A DNA stretch of 64,000 nucleotides from an uncultured Bifidobacteriaceae bacterium (GCA_964619705.1 CAZUGF010000001.1:151811-215810), one strand, 5' to 3'; positions 55,364-64,000 are shown, counted from the stretch's first letter. Notes: a model not told the origin generated them from the sequence alone. Program-made: numbers and translations.

Positions 55364-56992
55364 ATGCCGGATCGCCGCATGGAACCCATTACAGAAATAG
55401 CTGACGCCCTCGGACTGCCTGCCGACCTCCTGGAACCCTACGGCCGCTACATCGCCAAGATCCGCCTGGAGACCCTGGAACGCTTCCCCGAACGCCGCGG
55501 GAAGCTCATCCTGGTGACGGCGATCACGCCGACCCTGACCGGTGAAGGGAAGACGGTCAATACCATCGGCCTCACGCAGGGACTGGTCAAGCGGGGGCAC
55601 AAGGCGGTGGCCGCGCTGCGGGAACCGTCGCTCGGCCCCGTGTTCGGCCAGAAGGGCGGGGCGACCGGCGGGGGGCGTTCGTCGCTCGTCCCCGTGGACA
55701 AGATCAATCTCCACTTCACGGGCGACTTCCACGCGATCACGGCCGCGCACAACCTGCTGGCCGCGCTGCTGGATGCGCACCTGCACTTCGGCAACGCGCT
55801 CCGCCTCGATCCGCGCGAGATCACGTGGCCGCGCGCGATGGACATGAGCGATCGCGCGCTCCGCCGGCTGGTGACGGGTCTCGGCGCGCGCGACGGCGGC
55901 CCGGCGCGCGAGAGCGGGTTCGTGATCACGGCCGCGTCGGAGATCATGGCCATCCTGGCGCTCTCCGAGAGCCGGGCGGACCTGCGGCGCCGGCTCGGGG
56001 CCATTGTCGTCGGCCTCAATACGGACGGCGCGCCGGTGACGGCCTCCGACCTCAAGGCGGTCGGCGCGATGATGGTCCTGCTGAACGAGGCGCTGCTCCC
56101 GAACCTCGTCCAGACGACCGAGGGCGTGCCGGCCATCGTCCACTGCGGGCCCTTTGCCAACATCGCGCACGGCACGAGCAGCGTGCTGGCGCAGCGCATC
56201 GGCCTGCACCTCGCGGACTACGTGGTCAACGAGACCGGTTTCGCGGCAGATCTCGGCGCGGAGAAGTTCTTCGACCTGGTGATGCCGATGTGCGGGCACG
56301 TGCCGGCGGCGGCCGTGGTGATCGTCACGCTCAAGGCGCTGCGCGCGCAGGGTGGATCCGCCACGGGCCCTGTCTCGGCGGGGTTCCCGAATCTCGATCG
56401 GCACCTCGCGAACATCCGGAACTGGGGCGTGCCGCCTGTCGTGGCGCTGAACCGGTTTGCCTCCGATCCCCGGGACGATCTCGATGCCGTGCTGGCTCAT
56501 TGCCGGGCCGCGGGCGTGGAGGCGGCGCTGGCCGACGGCTATCTCGAGGGCGGAGACGGCATGGTGGAGCTGGCGGACAGGGTCGTGGCCGCGATTGCGG
56601 CGCAGGGGACCGCGGAGCCCCGGCCTGTCTACGATCGGTCGATGCCGCTGGCGGCGAAGATCGAGGCGGTGGCGACGCGCGTCTACGGCGCGTCCGCCGT
56701 CGAGTTCAAGCCGGGCGCGAAGAAGCGTCTGCAGCGCCTCGCGGCGCTCGGCTACGACACGCTGCCTGTGTGCATCGCGAAGACGCAGTACTCCTTCACG
56801 CACGACCCGACACTGATGGGCGCGCCGGAGGGATGGACGCTTGTCGTCAGCGACGTCACGCTCTCCGCCGGCGCGGGCTTCGTCGTGGCGATTGCGGGCA
56901 ACATGATGCTGATGCCCGGGCTCGGGCAGACCCCTCAGGCACAGCGCCTGGACGTGGACGACGACGGGAATGTCGTGGGCATGGAGTACTGA
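55364..56992 (+). CDS. fhs: Formate--tetrahydrofolate ligase
   Basis: P-loop LVTAITPTLTGEGKTVNTIGL, then EPSLGPVFGQKGGATGGG and INLHFTGDFHAITAAHNLL. Start is ATG 55364 or ATG 55379. Confidence 0.92.
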   Translation: MPDRRMEPITEIADALGLPADLLEPYGRYIAKIRLETLERFPERRGKLILVTAITPTLTGEGKTVNTIGLTQGLVKRGHKAVAALREPSLGPVFGQKGGATGGGRSSLVPVDKINLHFTGDFHAITAAHNLLAALLDAHLHFGNALRLDPREITWPRAMDMSDRALRRLVTGLGARDGGPARESGFVITAASEIMAILALSESRADLRRRLGAIVVGLNTDGAPVTASDLKAVGAMMVLLNEALLPNLVQTTEGVPAIVHCGPFANIAHGTSSVLAQRIGLHLADYVVNETGFAADLGAEKFFDLVMPMCGHVPAAAVVIVTLKALRAQGGSATGPVSAGFPNLDRHLANIRNWGVPPVVALNRFASDPRDDLDAVLAHCRAAGVEAALADGYLEGGDGMVELADRVVAAIAAQGTAEPRPVYDRSMPLAAKIEAVATRVYGASAVEFKPGAKKRLQRLAALGYDTLPVCIAKTQYSFTHDPTLMGAPEGWTLVVSDVTLSAGAGFVVAIAGNMMLMPGLGQTPQAQRLDVDDDGNVVGMEY

Positions 56993-57102
56993 GACGCCGC
57001 AGCACGGCTCCCGCCGGGATGGACGGCGCGGAGGGAACCGGGACCGCGCATCGCTCGAGGAGACCGCCGGACCGCGGATATAATCGCCGTTTGGGAGCCC
57101 GC

Positions 57103-57693
57103 GTGGAGTACCTCATCAAGCAGTATCCGCTCGAGACCGGCGCGCTCGAGATCCAGTACATCGAGGAGTTCTTCGGCGAGTTCCCGCGCAGGAAGACGGC
57201 GACGGAGATCCTCAACCGGCTTCACGACCGCGAGTCGCTGATTCTGATGGCCGAGGCCCCGCTCCCGGATGATCCGGGCGCGCTCGTCCCGGTGTCCTAC
57301 AAGATCGTCCACGAGATCCGCGCCAACGAGTCCATCCCCAAGCTGCGGGACCTGGTCGAGCGCCTCGGCGGCCACCTGCACTTCGACGGTCGCCGCATCC
57401 TGTACTCGTGGATCGGCGGCACGCGGCGCGACTGGCGGGGCCAGGGCCACTTCCGCGCCCTCACGGAGGAGTCCGAGGCCTGGGCGATTGCCGCCGGCTT
57501 CGAGGAGATCGTCGTCAAGACGAAGAATCGCTTCTACGACATGCGCGCCGTGCTGGCGCAGCTGCGGTTCAACGTGGTCAAGTTCGAACCGCACATGGAC
57601 AACGGCGAGTCGAAGGTCTACCTGAACAAGCTGCTGCCGGCCGAACTCGTCCACGGGCACCGCTCCCGGCGCACGGTGGTCCAGGCGGACTGA
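57103..57693 (+). CDS. GNAT-family N-acetyltransferase
   Basis: GTG 57103 after GGGAG. Acetyl-CoA motif A is GGTRRDWRGQGHFRAL. Only the C-terminal 196 aa of ORF 55825..57693 is plausible coding. Confidence 0.65.
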   Translation: MEYLIKQYPLETGALEIQYIEEFFGEFPRRKTATEILNRLHDRESLILMAEAPLPDDPGALVPVSYKIVHEIRANESIPKLRDLVERLGGHLHFDGRRILYSWIGGTRRDWRGQGHFRALTEESEAWAIAAGFEEIVVKTKNRFYDMRAVLAQLRFNVVKFEPHMDNGESKVYLNKLLPAELVHGHRSRRTVVQAD

Positions 57694-57698
57694 TCCCG

Positions 57699-60098
57699 TC
57701 AGTCCGCCCTGAGCGCCGAGACAGGGTCCACCTGCGTGGCGCGGATGGCGGGAATCCAGCTTGCGGCCATCCCGACGAGGCCGATGATCACCGCCACGCT
57801 GCCGTAGGTCACCCAGTCGAACGGCCCGACCCCGAAGAGCTGCGCCTGCAGCGCGCGGGACAGCGGAAACGCCAGCGCGAGGCCGAGTGCCACGCCGGCG
57901 CCCACGAGCAGGACGCCGCGCCCGAGCACCATCCGCTGGATGTCGCCGGGCGACGCGCCGAGCGCAAGACGGACGCCGAACTCCGTCCATCGCTGCGACA
58001 CGCTGTACGCGATGACGCCGTAGACGCCCACGGCCGCGAGGAGCAGGGCGACGGCGGCGAAGAGGCCGAGGGCGGTCGACGTGACCCGCGGGCGCGCGAG
58101 CGAGCGGCCGAGCACATCGTCGAGCGTCTGCACCCGGACCGGCTGATCCGGAGCCGTGGCGCGGAGCGCGGTGACGGCGGCACCCGCCACCGACGAGGGC
58201 GGTCCATCCGTGCGGAGCACGTAGGTCATCATCTGGATCGGGCGCTGGAGGCTCGGGAGATAGACCGTGCCGCGCACTTCGCCGTCGAGTGCCGTCAGCT
58301 TCACGTCACCCACGACCCCGACGATCTCGACGGGCGTGGGCTGGTCCCACGAGTAGACGAGCCGCCGCCCGATCGGGTTCTCGCCCGGTGAGTGCAGGCG
58401 GGCGAACGTCTCGTTGACGACCGCCACGAGCGGCCGCCCCGGTTCGTCCCCGGCGCTGAAGTCCCGGCCCGCCAGCATCGGAATGCCCATCGTCCGGAAG
58501 TAGCCCGGGGTCACCGGGCGGATGTCGGCCACGGGCCGGTCGGCGGCCGCGGGCTCCGGCTTGTCCGCCATCCAGAACGACGTGGCGGAGCCCATCCCGG
58601 CGAGCGGGAGGAACACGGTACCGGCGGCCGAACGGACACCGGGAAGCGCGGCAAAGCGGGCCACGTGTTCCTCGTGGGATCGGCCGGCCTGATCGCCGCC
58701 GCCGGGGAGGGTGACGCGGACCGTCAGCACGCGCGCGGGATCGAACCCGGGGTCCACGGCCTGCAGCGCGAGCACACTGCGGACGAGCAGGCCGGCGCCG
58801 GCCAGGAGCGCCACCGCGAGCGTGACCTCGACGACGACGAGCGCGGAACGAAGCCGGCCGTGTCCGGCATCGGTCGTCCCCCGGCCCCCGTCGCGCAAAG
58901 ACGACACGAGCGACGTCTGCCGCAGGCTCCACACGGGAGCAAGGCCGCAGAGGATCGCGGTCACGATGGTCGCCGCGACGGCAAAGGCCGCGACCGGCAG
59001 GTCGATCCCCACCTCGCCGAGCAGCGGCACGGGGGCTTCGGCGCGGGCCGTCGAGACCATTGTCGACTGGAGCCAGCGGGCGAGGCCGAGGCCTGCGGCA
59101 CCGCCCGCGAGGACGAGCAGCGCGACCTCGGTGAGCAGCTGCCGCGAGAGCCTGGCCGTGCCGGCGCCGAGCGCCGCGCGGACGGCCAGCTCACGCTGCC
59201 GGGCGGCCGATCGCGAGAGCAGCAGGTTCACGAGGTTGGCGCACGCGATCAGGAGCACCGCGAGGACCGCGCCGAAGAGGACGAGGAGCGCGGGCCTGAC
59301 CGCGCCGGTCAGCTGCGTGCGCAGGGGCACGACGTTGACCGTCCAGCCGGAGTTGAAGTCGGGTTGCTCGCGGGTGAGGGCGGCGGCGATCGCCTCCATG
59401 TCCGCCTGCGCCTGGTCGCGTGAGACGCCGGTCCGCAGCAGGCCCAGCGAGACGAACCCGCGGCCGCGGAACAGCTTGTGCTGCGGCAGGAGCACGAGCG
59501 GCCGCCAGACATCCGCGCGCTGTCCCAGGATCTCGAACGCGGACGGCAGGACGCCGATGATCGTCGTGGGCTGTCCGCTGAGCGTGATCGTCTGTCCGAG
59601 GATGTCGCTCCGCCCACCAAAGCGCCTGGCCCACAGGCCCTCGCTGATGATTGCGGTGCGCTCCGCCTCCGGTTCGTCTTCGCCGCCGGCGAACACCCGT
59701 CCGGCAACTGGCTGTGCGCCGACCATGCCGAGCAGGTTGGCCGCGACGTTCAGCCCTTCGAGTTCCTCCGGTTCACCCTCGCCGGTCAGGTTGACGCTGG
59801 ACGTCGTGAAGATCGCCAGGTCCTCGAAGGTGCGATTGCGCTCCTTCCACGCCAGGAAGTTCGCGGCGTTGATGACGTTCGTCGGCCGGTTCCGCACGAT
59901 GTTGTTTTCCCAGACCACCATCAGCCGATCGGCGTTGGCGTAGGGCAGCGGCTTGAGCAGGAGCGCGTACACGAGGCTGAACACGGCCGTGGTCGCGCCG
60001 ATGCCGAGCGCAAGAATCAGCACCGTCGAGACCGTGAACACGGGCGCGCGCGACAGCAGTCGTACCGCGTACCGGATGTCGGCAATGAGGGTCGTCAT
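57699..60098 (-). CDS. ADOP-family (MacB-like, duplicated FtsX) ABC-transporter permease
   Basis: MTTLIADIRYAVRLLSRAPVFTVSTVLILALGIGATTAVFS. It has two FtsX halves and the C-terminus AYSVSQRWTEFGVRLALGAS...ATQVDPVSALRAD. Its start overlaps the blaR1 stop by 4 nt. Confidence 0.9.
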   Translation of the reverse strand: MTTLIADIRYAVRLLSRAPVFTVSTVLILALGIGATTAVFSLVYALLLKPLPYANADRLMVVWENNIVRNRPTNVINAANFLAWKERNRTFEDLAIFTTSSVNLTGEGEPEELEGLNVAANLLGMVGAQPVAGRVFAGGEDEPEAERTAIISEGLWARRFGGRSDILGQTITLSGQPTTIIGVLPSAFEILGQRADVWRPLVLLPQHKLFRGRGFVSLGLLRTGVSRDQAQADMEAIAAALTREQPDFNSGWTVNVVPLRTQLTGAVRPALLVLFGAVLAVLLIACANLVNLLLSRSAARQRELAVRAALGAGTARLSRQLLTEVALLVLAGGAAGLGLARWLQSTMVSTARAEAPVPLLGEVGIDLPVAAFAVAATIVTAILCGLAPVWSLRQTSLVSSLRDGGRGTTDAGHGRLRSALVVVEVTLAVALLAGAGLLVRSVLALQAVDPGFDPARVLTVRVTLPGGGDQAGRSHEEHVARFAALPGVRSAAGTVFLPLAGMGSATSFWMADKPEPAAADRPVADIRPVTPGYFRTMGIPMLAGRDFSAGDEPGRPLVAVVNETFARLHSPGENPIGRRLVYSWDQPTPVEIVGVVGDVKLTALDGEVRGTVYLPSLQRPIQMMTYVLRTDGPPSSVAGAAVTALRATAPDQPVRVQTLDDVLGRSLARPRVTSTALGLFAAVALLLAAVGVYGVIAYSVSQRWTEFGVRLALGASPGDIQRMVLGRGVLLVGAGVALGLALAFPLSRALQAQLFGVGPFDWVTYGSVAVIIGLVGMAASWIPAIRATQVDPVSALRAD

Positions 60099-61531
60099 CG
60101 AAGAGCTCCCACCTTCTCCGCCTTTTCCCGAACACCGGGGTCCGGGTCCCGGCGCGCGGCGGCGACGGCGGCACCGGCACGTTCGTCACCGGAGAGCGCC
60201 AGCGCCACGATGGCCTTCTCGCGCACGCGCGAATCGGGATCCGACGCCGCGGCGATGAGGGCCGGGACCACCTGCTCGTTCCGGCGCCACATGAGGCCGA
60301 CGACGGCCTTCTCGCGGACGCGATGGTCGGGATCCCGCAGCGCCCCGATCAGGGCCGGCACGACGTCCGTTCCGGATCGCAGCGCCAGCCGCAGCACCGC
60401 CCGCTCGCGCACTGGCGCATCGCGGCCGGTGACCGCGGCCTCGATGTCGTCGCGGACCGGCACATCGATGTCCTCCGCGGCGCCCATCACGAGCGGTGGA
60501 TTCACGATGGCGGGCGCAGTTCCCAGGACGTCCGTGGACGGGCGATCCGGCACGCGCGTCACCGAGGCCCCGGCCACTGCCGTCGTCGCGAGTGCGATGG
60601 CAAGGGGCACGGCCGCGCGCGAGGCGGCCGTCCTGGTCCGCGGGCGCTGGCCCAGGACGGCCATGAGCCGCCCTTCGATCTCGGAGGGCCGCGCCATCGA
60701 GAGGGCCGAGACGAGCGCCCGGCGTTCGAGGGATGCGGCGGCAATGCCGAGCAGTTCACCCGCGTAGTCGGCCGGTGCGACTCCCGACGCAAGGACCGCG
60801 TCGTCGCAGGCCAGTTCCTGGTCGCGCCGCATGGCGCGACCGGCCATCCATGCCAGCGGGTTGAACCAGTGCACCACGGCCACCGCGTGCGCGAGCGCGT
60901 GCGCCTGCAGGTCGCGGCGGGCGATGTGGGCAATCTCGTGCACGAGGACCGGCTCAATCCGGGACTCAGGCCATCCGGCCGCATCCGGCGGGATGAAGAC
61001 GGCCGGCCGGAACAGGCCGGCAAGGAGCGGACCGGGTACGCCCGGGCTCACGAGCACGCCGGGCGCGCGGGCCAGGCCGGCACGGACCGCGACACGCGTA
61101 GCGGCCGCGGACCAGGGGAGCGGTGCCAGTGCCGCGCGGCGCCGGAGGCGCCAGAGCGACAGGTGTCCGGCGGCGAAGTAGAGGGCGATGACGCCGGCCC
61201 CGGCGCCCCAGATCAGGAGCCACGCCTGCGTGAGGTCCGCGCCGCCCGCGCGGGTCTCGACCGCGGCCCCGCGTGTGGCATCGCCGGCCCACGCGCCTTC
61301 CGGCAGCACCCGCTCCGCTGCTGCCGGGACCGGGGACGCGGCAGCCCCCGCCCACTCGAAGGCGGACCACGACGGCGCGATGGCGCCGATGATGGGGAGT
61401 AGCAGCACGGCCGCCATCACGAGCTTCCACGAGGCGTGACGCGTCGCGGCGGAGGCGCGCTGCAGGCCGCGCGCCGCCACGAGGGCGGCCCCGAGCACGA
61501 CCGCTGCGCGCACGGCGAGTTCGATCGTCAT
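60095..61531 (-). CDS. blaR1: BlaR1-type M56 metallopeptidase signal transducer with a C-terminal HEAT-repeat domain
   Basis: HEXXH within VLVHEIAHIARRDL, then WFNPLAW and ELACDDAVL. After a late TM there are three HEAT-like units (DPDHRVREKAVVGL, DPDSRVREKAIVAL, DPDPGVREKA). No transpeptidase-like sensor domain is present. Confidence 0.88.
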   Translation of the reverse strand: MTIELAVRAAVVLGAALVAARGLQRASAATRHASWKLVMAAVLLLPIIGAIAPSWSAFEWAGAAASPVPAAAERVLPEGAWAGDATRGAAVETRAGGADLTQAWLLIWGAGAGVIALYFAAGHLSLWRLRRRAALAPLPWSAAATRVAVRAGLARAPGVLVSPGVPGPLLAGLFRPAVFIPPDAAGWPESRIEPVLVHEIAHIARRDLQAHALAHAVAVVHWFNPLAWMAGRAMRRDQELACDDAVLASGVAPADYAGELLGIAAASLERRALVSALSMARPSEIEGRLMAVLGQRPRTRTAASRAAVPLAIALATTAVAGASVTRVPDRPSTDVLGTAPAIVNPPLVMGAAEDIDVPVRDDIEAAVTGRDAPVRERAVLRLALRSGTDVVPALIGALRDPDHRVREKAVVGLMWRRNEQVVPALIAAASDPDSRVREKAIVALALSGDERAGAAVAAARRDPDPGVREKAEKVGALR

Positions 61532-61902
61532 CGCTCCTCCTTCCTGGCCTTTGCGATCAGCGCCGACAGCCGGGCGAGGTCCTCGCGGGAGAGCCGCTCG
61601 GAATCGATGAGAGCGGCCGCCGCCTGCGCCGCGGAGCCCTCGAAGAAGGTGGCCACGACACGCTTGAGCGCCGACTGGCGCGCGCGCTCGCGAGGCACCT
61701 GCGGCAGGTAGACGTAGCGTGGGCCCTGCCGCTCGTGCCTGGCGTGACCCTTGTCCTCGAGGATGCGAAGAAGCGCCCTCACGGACGAGTAGCTGGGCGG
61801 ATCCGGGAGCGCCGCCTGGACCTCGGCCGCGGTTGCCGCGCCCTTCGCGTACAACACGTCCATGATCTGGCGCTCTCGCCTCGATAGCGTCTCGGCTGTC
61901 AT
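61528..61902 (-). CDS. blaI: BlaI/MecI/CopY-family transcriptional repressor
   Basis: 124 aa. LSRRERQIMDVLYAKGAATAAEVQAAL...YSSVRALLRILEDKGHA. The stop overlaps the blaR1 start by 4 nt. Confidence 0.92.
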   Translation of the reverse strand: MTAETLSRRERQIMDVLYAKGAATAAEVQAALPDPPSYSSVRALLRILEDKGHARHERQGPRYVYLPQVPRERARQSALKRVVATFFEGSAAQAAAALIDSERLSREDLARLSALIAKARKEER

Positions 61903-62426
61903 CGGCTTCCCGTGATACGTCCGCCGTGGCCGGGGCGCAGACGGCCGTCGGCCAGCAGGTTCAGGTGTGCGCGTGTCAGCATGTCGCCCCGGAACACGAC
62001 CGCGTCAACGGCGCGGGAGGAACGGATGTCGGCCAACGGACTCGCCGTCAGCACGACCAGGTCGGCAATCTTCCCTTCGTCGATCGAGCCGAGGTCCGGC
62101 GCGCGTCCGGCGCGCACGGCCGAATCCAGGGTGACAACCCGGAGCGCCGCAGCCGGGGAGAGTCCCTCCTGGTTGACGAGCCTCGCGAGGGTGTCGTGGA
62201 CGCTGCCGGTGCGGGCGTGGGCGGCCGCGCCTGAACCGGCGGGACCGATACCCACGAGCCGCGGACCGTAGAACCGGCCTCGGTCGAGATCGCGCTGCCA
62301 CGCCTCCGCCTCGTCGGCCGCAAGGTCGGCCGGCCACGCCGACGTGACGCCCTCGGCAATCGCGCGCCCGGCGAGGTGTCGTGGCAGGAGGAGGCCGACG
62401 AGCGCAAGCGTGTTCAGGCGCGTCAT
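61899..62426 (-). CDS. Truncated amidohydrolase-family protein (C-terminal domain only; possibly a pseudogene)
   Basis: GSIDEGKIADLVVLTASPLADIRSSRAVDAVVFRG matches the C-terminal barrel-closing segment of the amidohydrolase at 24691-26124. The N-terminal HxH metal site is absent, and the TDAG-type Asp position reads GPAG. The stop overlaps the blaI start by 4 nt. Confidence 0.5.
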   Translation of the reverse strand: MTRLNTLALVGLLLPRHLAGRAIAEGVTSAWPADLAADEAEAWQRDLDRGRFYGPRLVGIGPAGSGAAAHARTGSVHDTLARLVNQEGLSPAAALRVVTLDSAVRAGRAPDLGSIDEGKIADLVVLTASPLADIRSSRAVDAVVFRGDMLTRAHLNLLADGRLRPGHGGRITGSR

Positions 62427-62442
62427 TGCTAATTCTTTAGCA
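62427..62442. promoter_or_regulatory. AT-rich 6-4-6 palindrome TGCTAA-TTCT-TTAGCA between divergent ATGs (candidate BlaI operator/promoter core)
   Basis: Seen directly in the sequence as CAT-TGCTAATTCTTTAGCA-CTA-ATG. It is the only AT-rich stretch in this region of a GC-rich genome. Confidence 0.35.
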
Positions 62443-62631
62443 CTAATGGACGAGCCTCGCAAGCCGGATGTTCCCGCCCTCCGCACGCCCGTCCACTTTT
62501 GCCCTTTGAACTCGTCCGCTCCCTCGGTAACGTGTGGTCATGCCAGCGGCGATGCACGCGTTGCTCGATGGGCGCCGGGACGTCCGCTTCGAGGAGCGGA
62601 TCGGACGCGGGGCGGCCCTCGGGGTTCCGTC

Positions 62632-63684
62632 CTGACCGAGCGCAAGGTTTATCTCGACGCGCTCCGCGGCGTGGCCGTCCTGGTGATGGTCGCGGCGCAC
62701 GTGATCGACGCGTGGACACGCGAGGCGGATCGGCACGGCGATCGGTACTTCGCGGTCGTGTTCGTCAACGGCCTGGCCGCGCCGATGTTCCTGCTCCTGG
62801 CCGGCGCCGCGGTGGCGATGGCCGCCGAGAGCCGCGCGCGCCGGATCGGAGCGGAGGCGGCCGCGGCGTCAGTCCGGCGCCATGGGTGGCAGGTCTTCGG
62901 CCTGGCGTTTCTCTTCCGGCTGCAGTCCCAGATCCTCGGATGGGGACCGCTCCTCAACCTGCTCAAGGTGGACATCCTCAATATCATGGGTCCGGCCATG
63001 GTGCTTGCCGCCTGGCTGTGGCGCGCGGCGGGAACCAGGACCGCCCGCATCGCGTGCTACGCCGCTGCCACCGCGTTGTTCACGATGCTGACGCCCATCG
63101 TCCGTGAGGCCGCGTGGCTGGGCGTGATCCCGGATCCGATTGAGTGGTACGTCAGGCCCGTTCCGGGGCGCACGACGTTCACACTGTTCCCATGGGCGGG
63201 CTTCCTGATGGCGGGCGCCCTCATCGGCGAGCTGCTCGACGGCGCGCGAACGCCTTCCGCGGAACGCCGCCTGCACCTGGGCCTGGCGGCAGGGGCCGTG
63301 GCGGGCGTGGCGGGCGGCTACCTGGCCTCGCTCGGCCCGAGCCTCTACGATCACGCCGAGTTCTGGACGAGCTCGCCCACCTTCTTCTTCATCCGTCTCG
63401 GGATTGTCGTGGCGACCATCCCGGTGGCCTGGCTGGCCGGCGTGGCGTGGACGCCCCTCATCGTGATGGGACGGTCGTCGTTCTTCGTCTACTGGATCCA
63501 CGTGGAGATGGCGTACGGCTCCCTCGCCAATCCACTCAAGCGGTCCCTGCCGCTCGAGGGATCCATCCTCGCGGCCCTGGCGCTGTCCGTCGTCCTGTAC
63601 GGCATCGTGATCGCCAAGAACCGGCTGATCGCGAGCCGCGGCATCCCGCGAAGCCTGCGGGTGCTCGCGCCCGTCCTCAAGTAA
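62632..63684 (+). CDS. DUF1624 / heparan-alpha-glucosaminide N-acetyltransferase-like membrane acyltransferase (start unresolved)
   Basis: The conserved N-terminal motif YLDALRGVAVLVMVAAHV begins at about 62650, followed by about 9 further TM helices. No ATG/GTG/TTG lies in frame between 62446 and the motif. The listed start is a CTG, used only as a placeholder. Confidence 0.6.
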   Translation: MTERKVYLDALRGVAVLVMVAAHVIDAWTREADRHGDRYFAVVFVNGLAAPMFLLLAGAAVAMAAESRARRIGAEAAAASVRRHGWQVFGLAFLFRLQSQILGWGPLLNLLKVDILNIMGPAMVLAAWLWRAAGTRTARIACYAAATALFTMLTPIVREAAWLGVIPDPIEWYVRPVPGRTTFTLFPWAGFLMAGALIGELLDGARTPSAERRLHLGLAAGAVAGVAGGYLASLGPSLYDHAEFWTSSPTFFFIRLGIVVATIPVAWLAGVAWTPLIVMGRSSFFVYWIHVEMAYGSLANPLKRSLPLEGSILAALALSVVLYGIVIAKNRLIASRGIPRSLRVLAPVLK

Positions 63685-63768
63685 CCGGCGGCCGGCCTGC
63701 GGATCCCACGCCGTCTGTCCTGCCAAGGCGCGGCGGAGCGCACGTGCCGTTCTGCGTACAATCGGCGC

Positions 63769-64000
63769 ATGAAGCCACATCTGCTCGTCGGCCTCCTCCT
63801 CGTCCTTGCCTGCGCATCGAGCCTCGATGCCCAGGAGGCGCGCCGCCGCTGGGAGATGGAGCGCCAGATCCGCCTCGACAAGTTCGAGCAGGTGCTGCCG
63901 CGTGCGATGCGCGACAACGGCATCGACATGTGGATCGTCGCCGTCAAGGAGAGCCACTACGACCCGCTCTGGCGGGATCTCGGCCGCGGCTACGTCACGG
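63769..64000 (+). CDS. Secreted M24-family (Xaa-Pro aminopeptidase-like) peptidase, N-terminal part (runs off the window)
   Basis: Signal peptide MKPHLLVGLLLVLACASSLDA. RLDKFEQVLPRAMRDNGIDMWIVAVKE resembles the creatinase/prolidase N-terminal domain. Confidence 0.45.
   Translation, partial: MKPHLLVGLLLVLACASSLDAQEARRRWEMERQIRLDKFEQVLPRAMRDNGIDMWIVAVKESHYDPLWRDLGRGYVT

Noticed and set aside
62446-62631. ATG 62446 as the start of the DUF1624 gene (66-aa N-terminal extension)
   Set aside because: Third-codon-position GC is clearly lower than in real genes here. The ATG lies 19 nt from the divergent start. Another frame (62540-62635) looks more coding-like.

Overview
High-GC (roughly 70% by eye) bacterial chromosomal segment. 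It is densely coding, with about 55 protein genes. I saw no rRNA, tRNA, transposase, integrase or cas genes. The gene content points to an Acidobacteriota-like soil bacterium (inference only): two full MacB-like duplicated-FtsX 'ADOP' permeases plus one remnant, PadR and BlaI/BlaR1 regulators, HEAT-repeat proteins, and many Sec/Tat-exported hydrolases. Recognisable modules, in order:
- RND efflux pair (adaptor + permease) and a Tat-exported glycosylasparaginase
- heme A synthase
- otsB-otsA trehalose synthesis
- an ECF sigma / anti-sigma / HEAT / HEAT / 29-aa-repeat protein / M14 peptidase cluster
- an HTH-amidohydrolase-amidohydrolase-PLP enzyme operon
- aromatic amino-acid decarboxylase and succinate-semialdehyde dehydrogenase
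- oxyR-catalase-ankyrin
- pntAB transhydrogenase
- a MATE transporter divergent from an ALG1 (GT33)-like glycosyltransferase
- padR-ADOP
- formate-THF ligase
- a blaI-blaR1(HEAT)-ADOP operon

The most unusual observations are:
1. A four-copy direct-repeat array with a CRISPR-like 61-bp period (31688-31911). It shares its 3' end with a dispersed REP-type hairpin family.
2. A signal-peptide-bearing protein with protein-kinase-like catalytic motifs. It sits next to a PAP2 phosphatase and an unknown exported protein (36145-39862).
3. A bacterial homologue of eukaryotic ALG1 beta-mannosyltransferase (50929-52158).
4. Two regulatory systems built around HEAT-repeat modules: ECF sigma/anti-sigma, and BlaI/BlaR1 with no penicillin-binding sensor domain.
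5. Several decay or rearrangement scars: an ADOP remnant, a truncated amidohydrolase, a gene with no usable start codon, and a low-GC island.

All functional calls rest on motif and family recognition from the translated ORFs. No database search was run.
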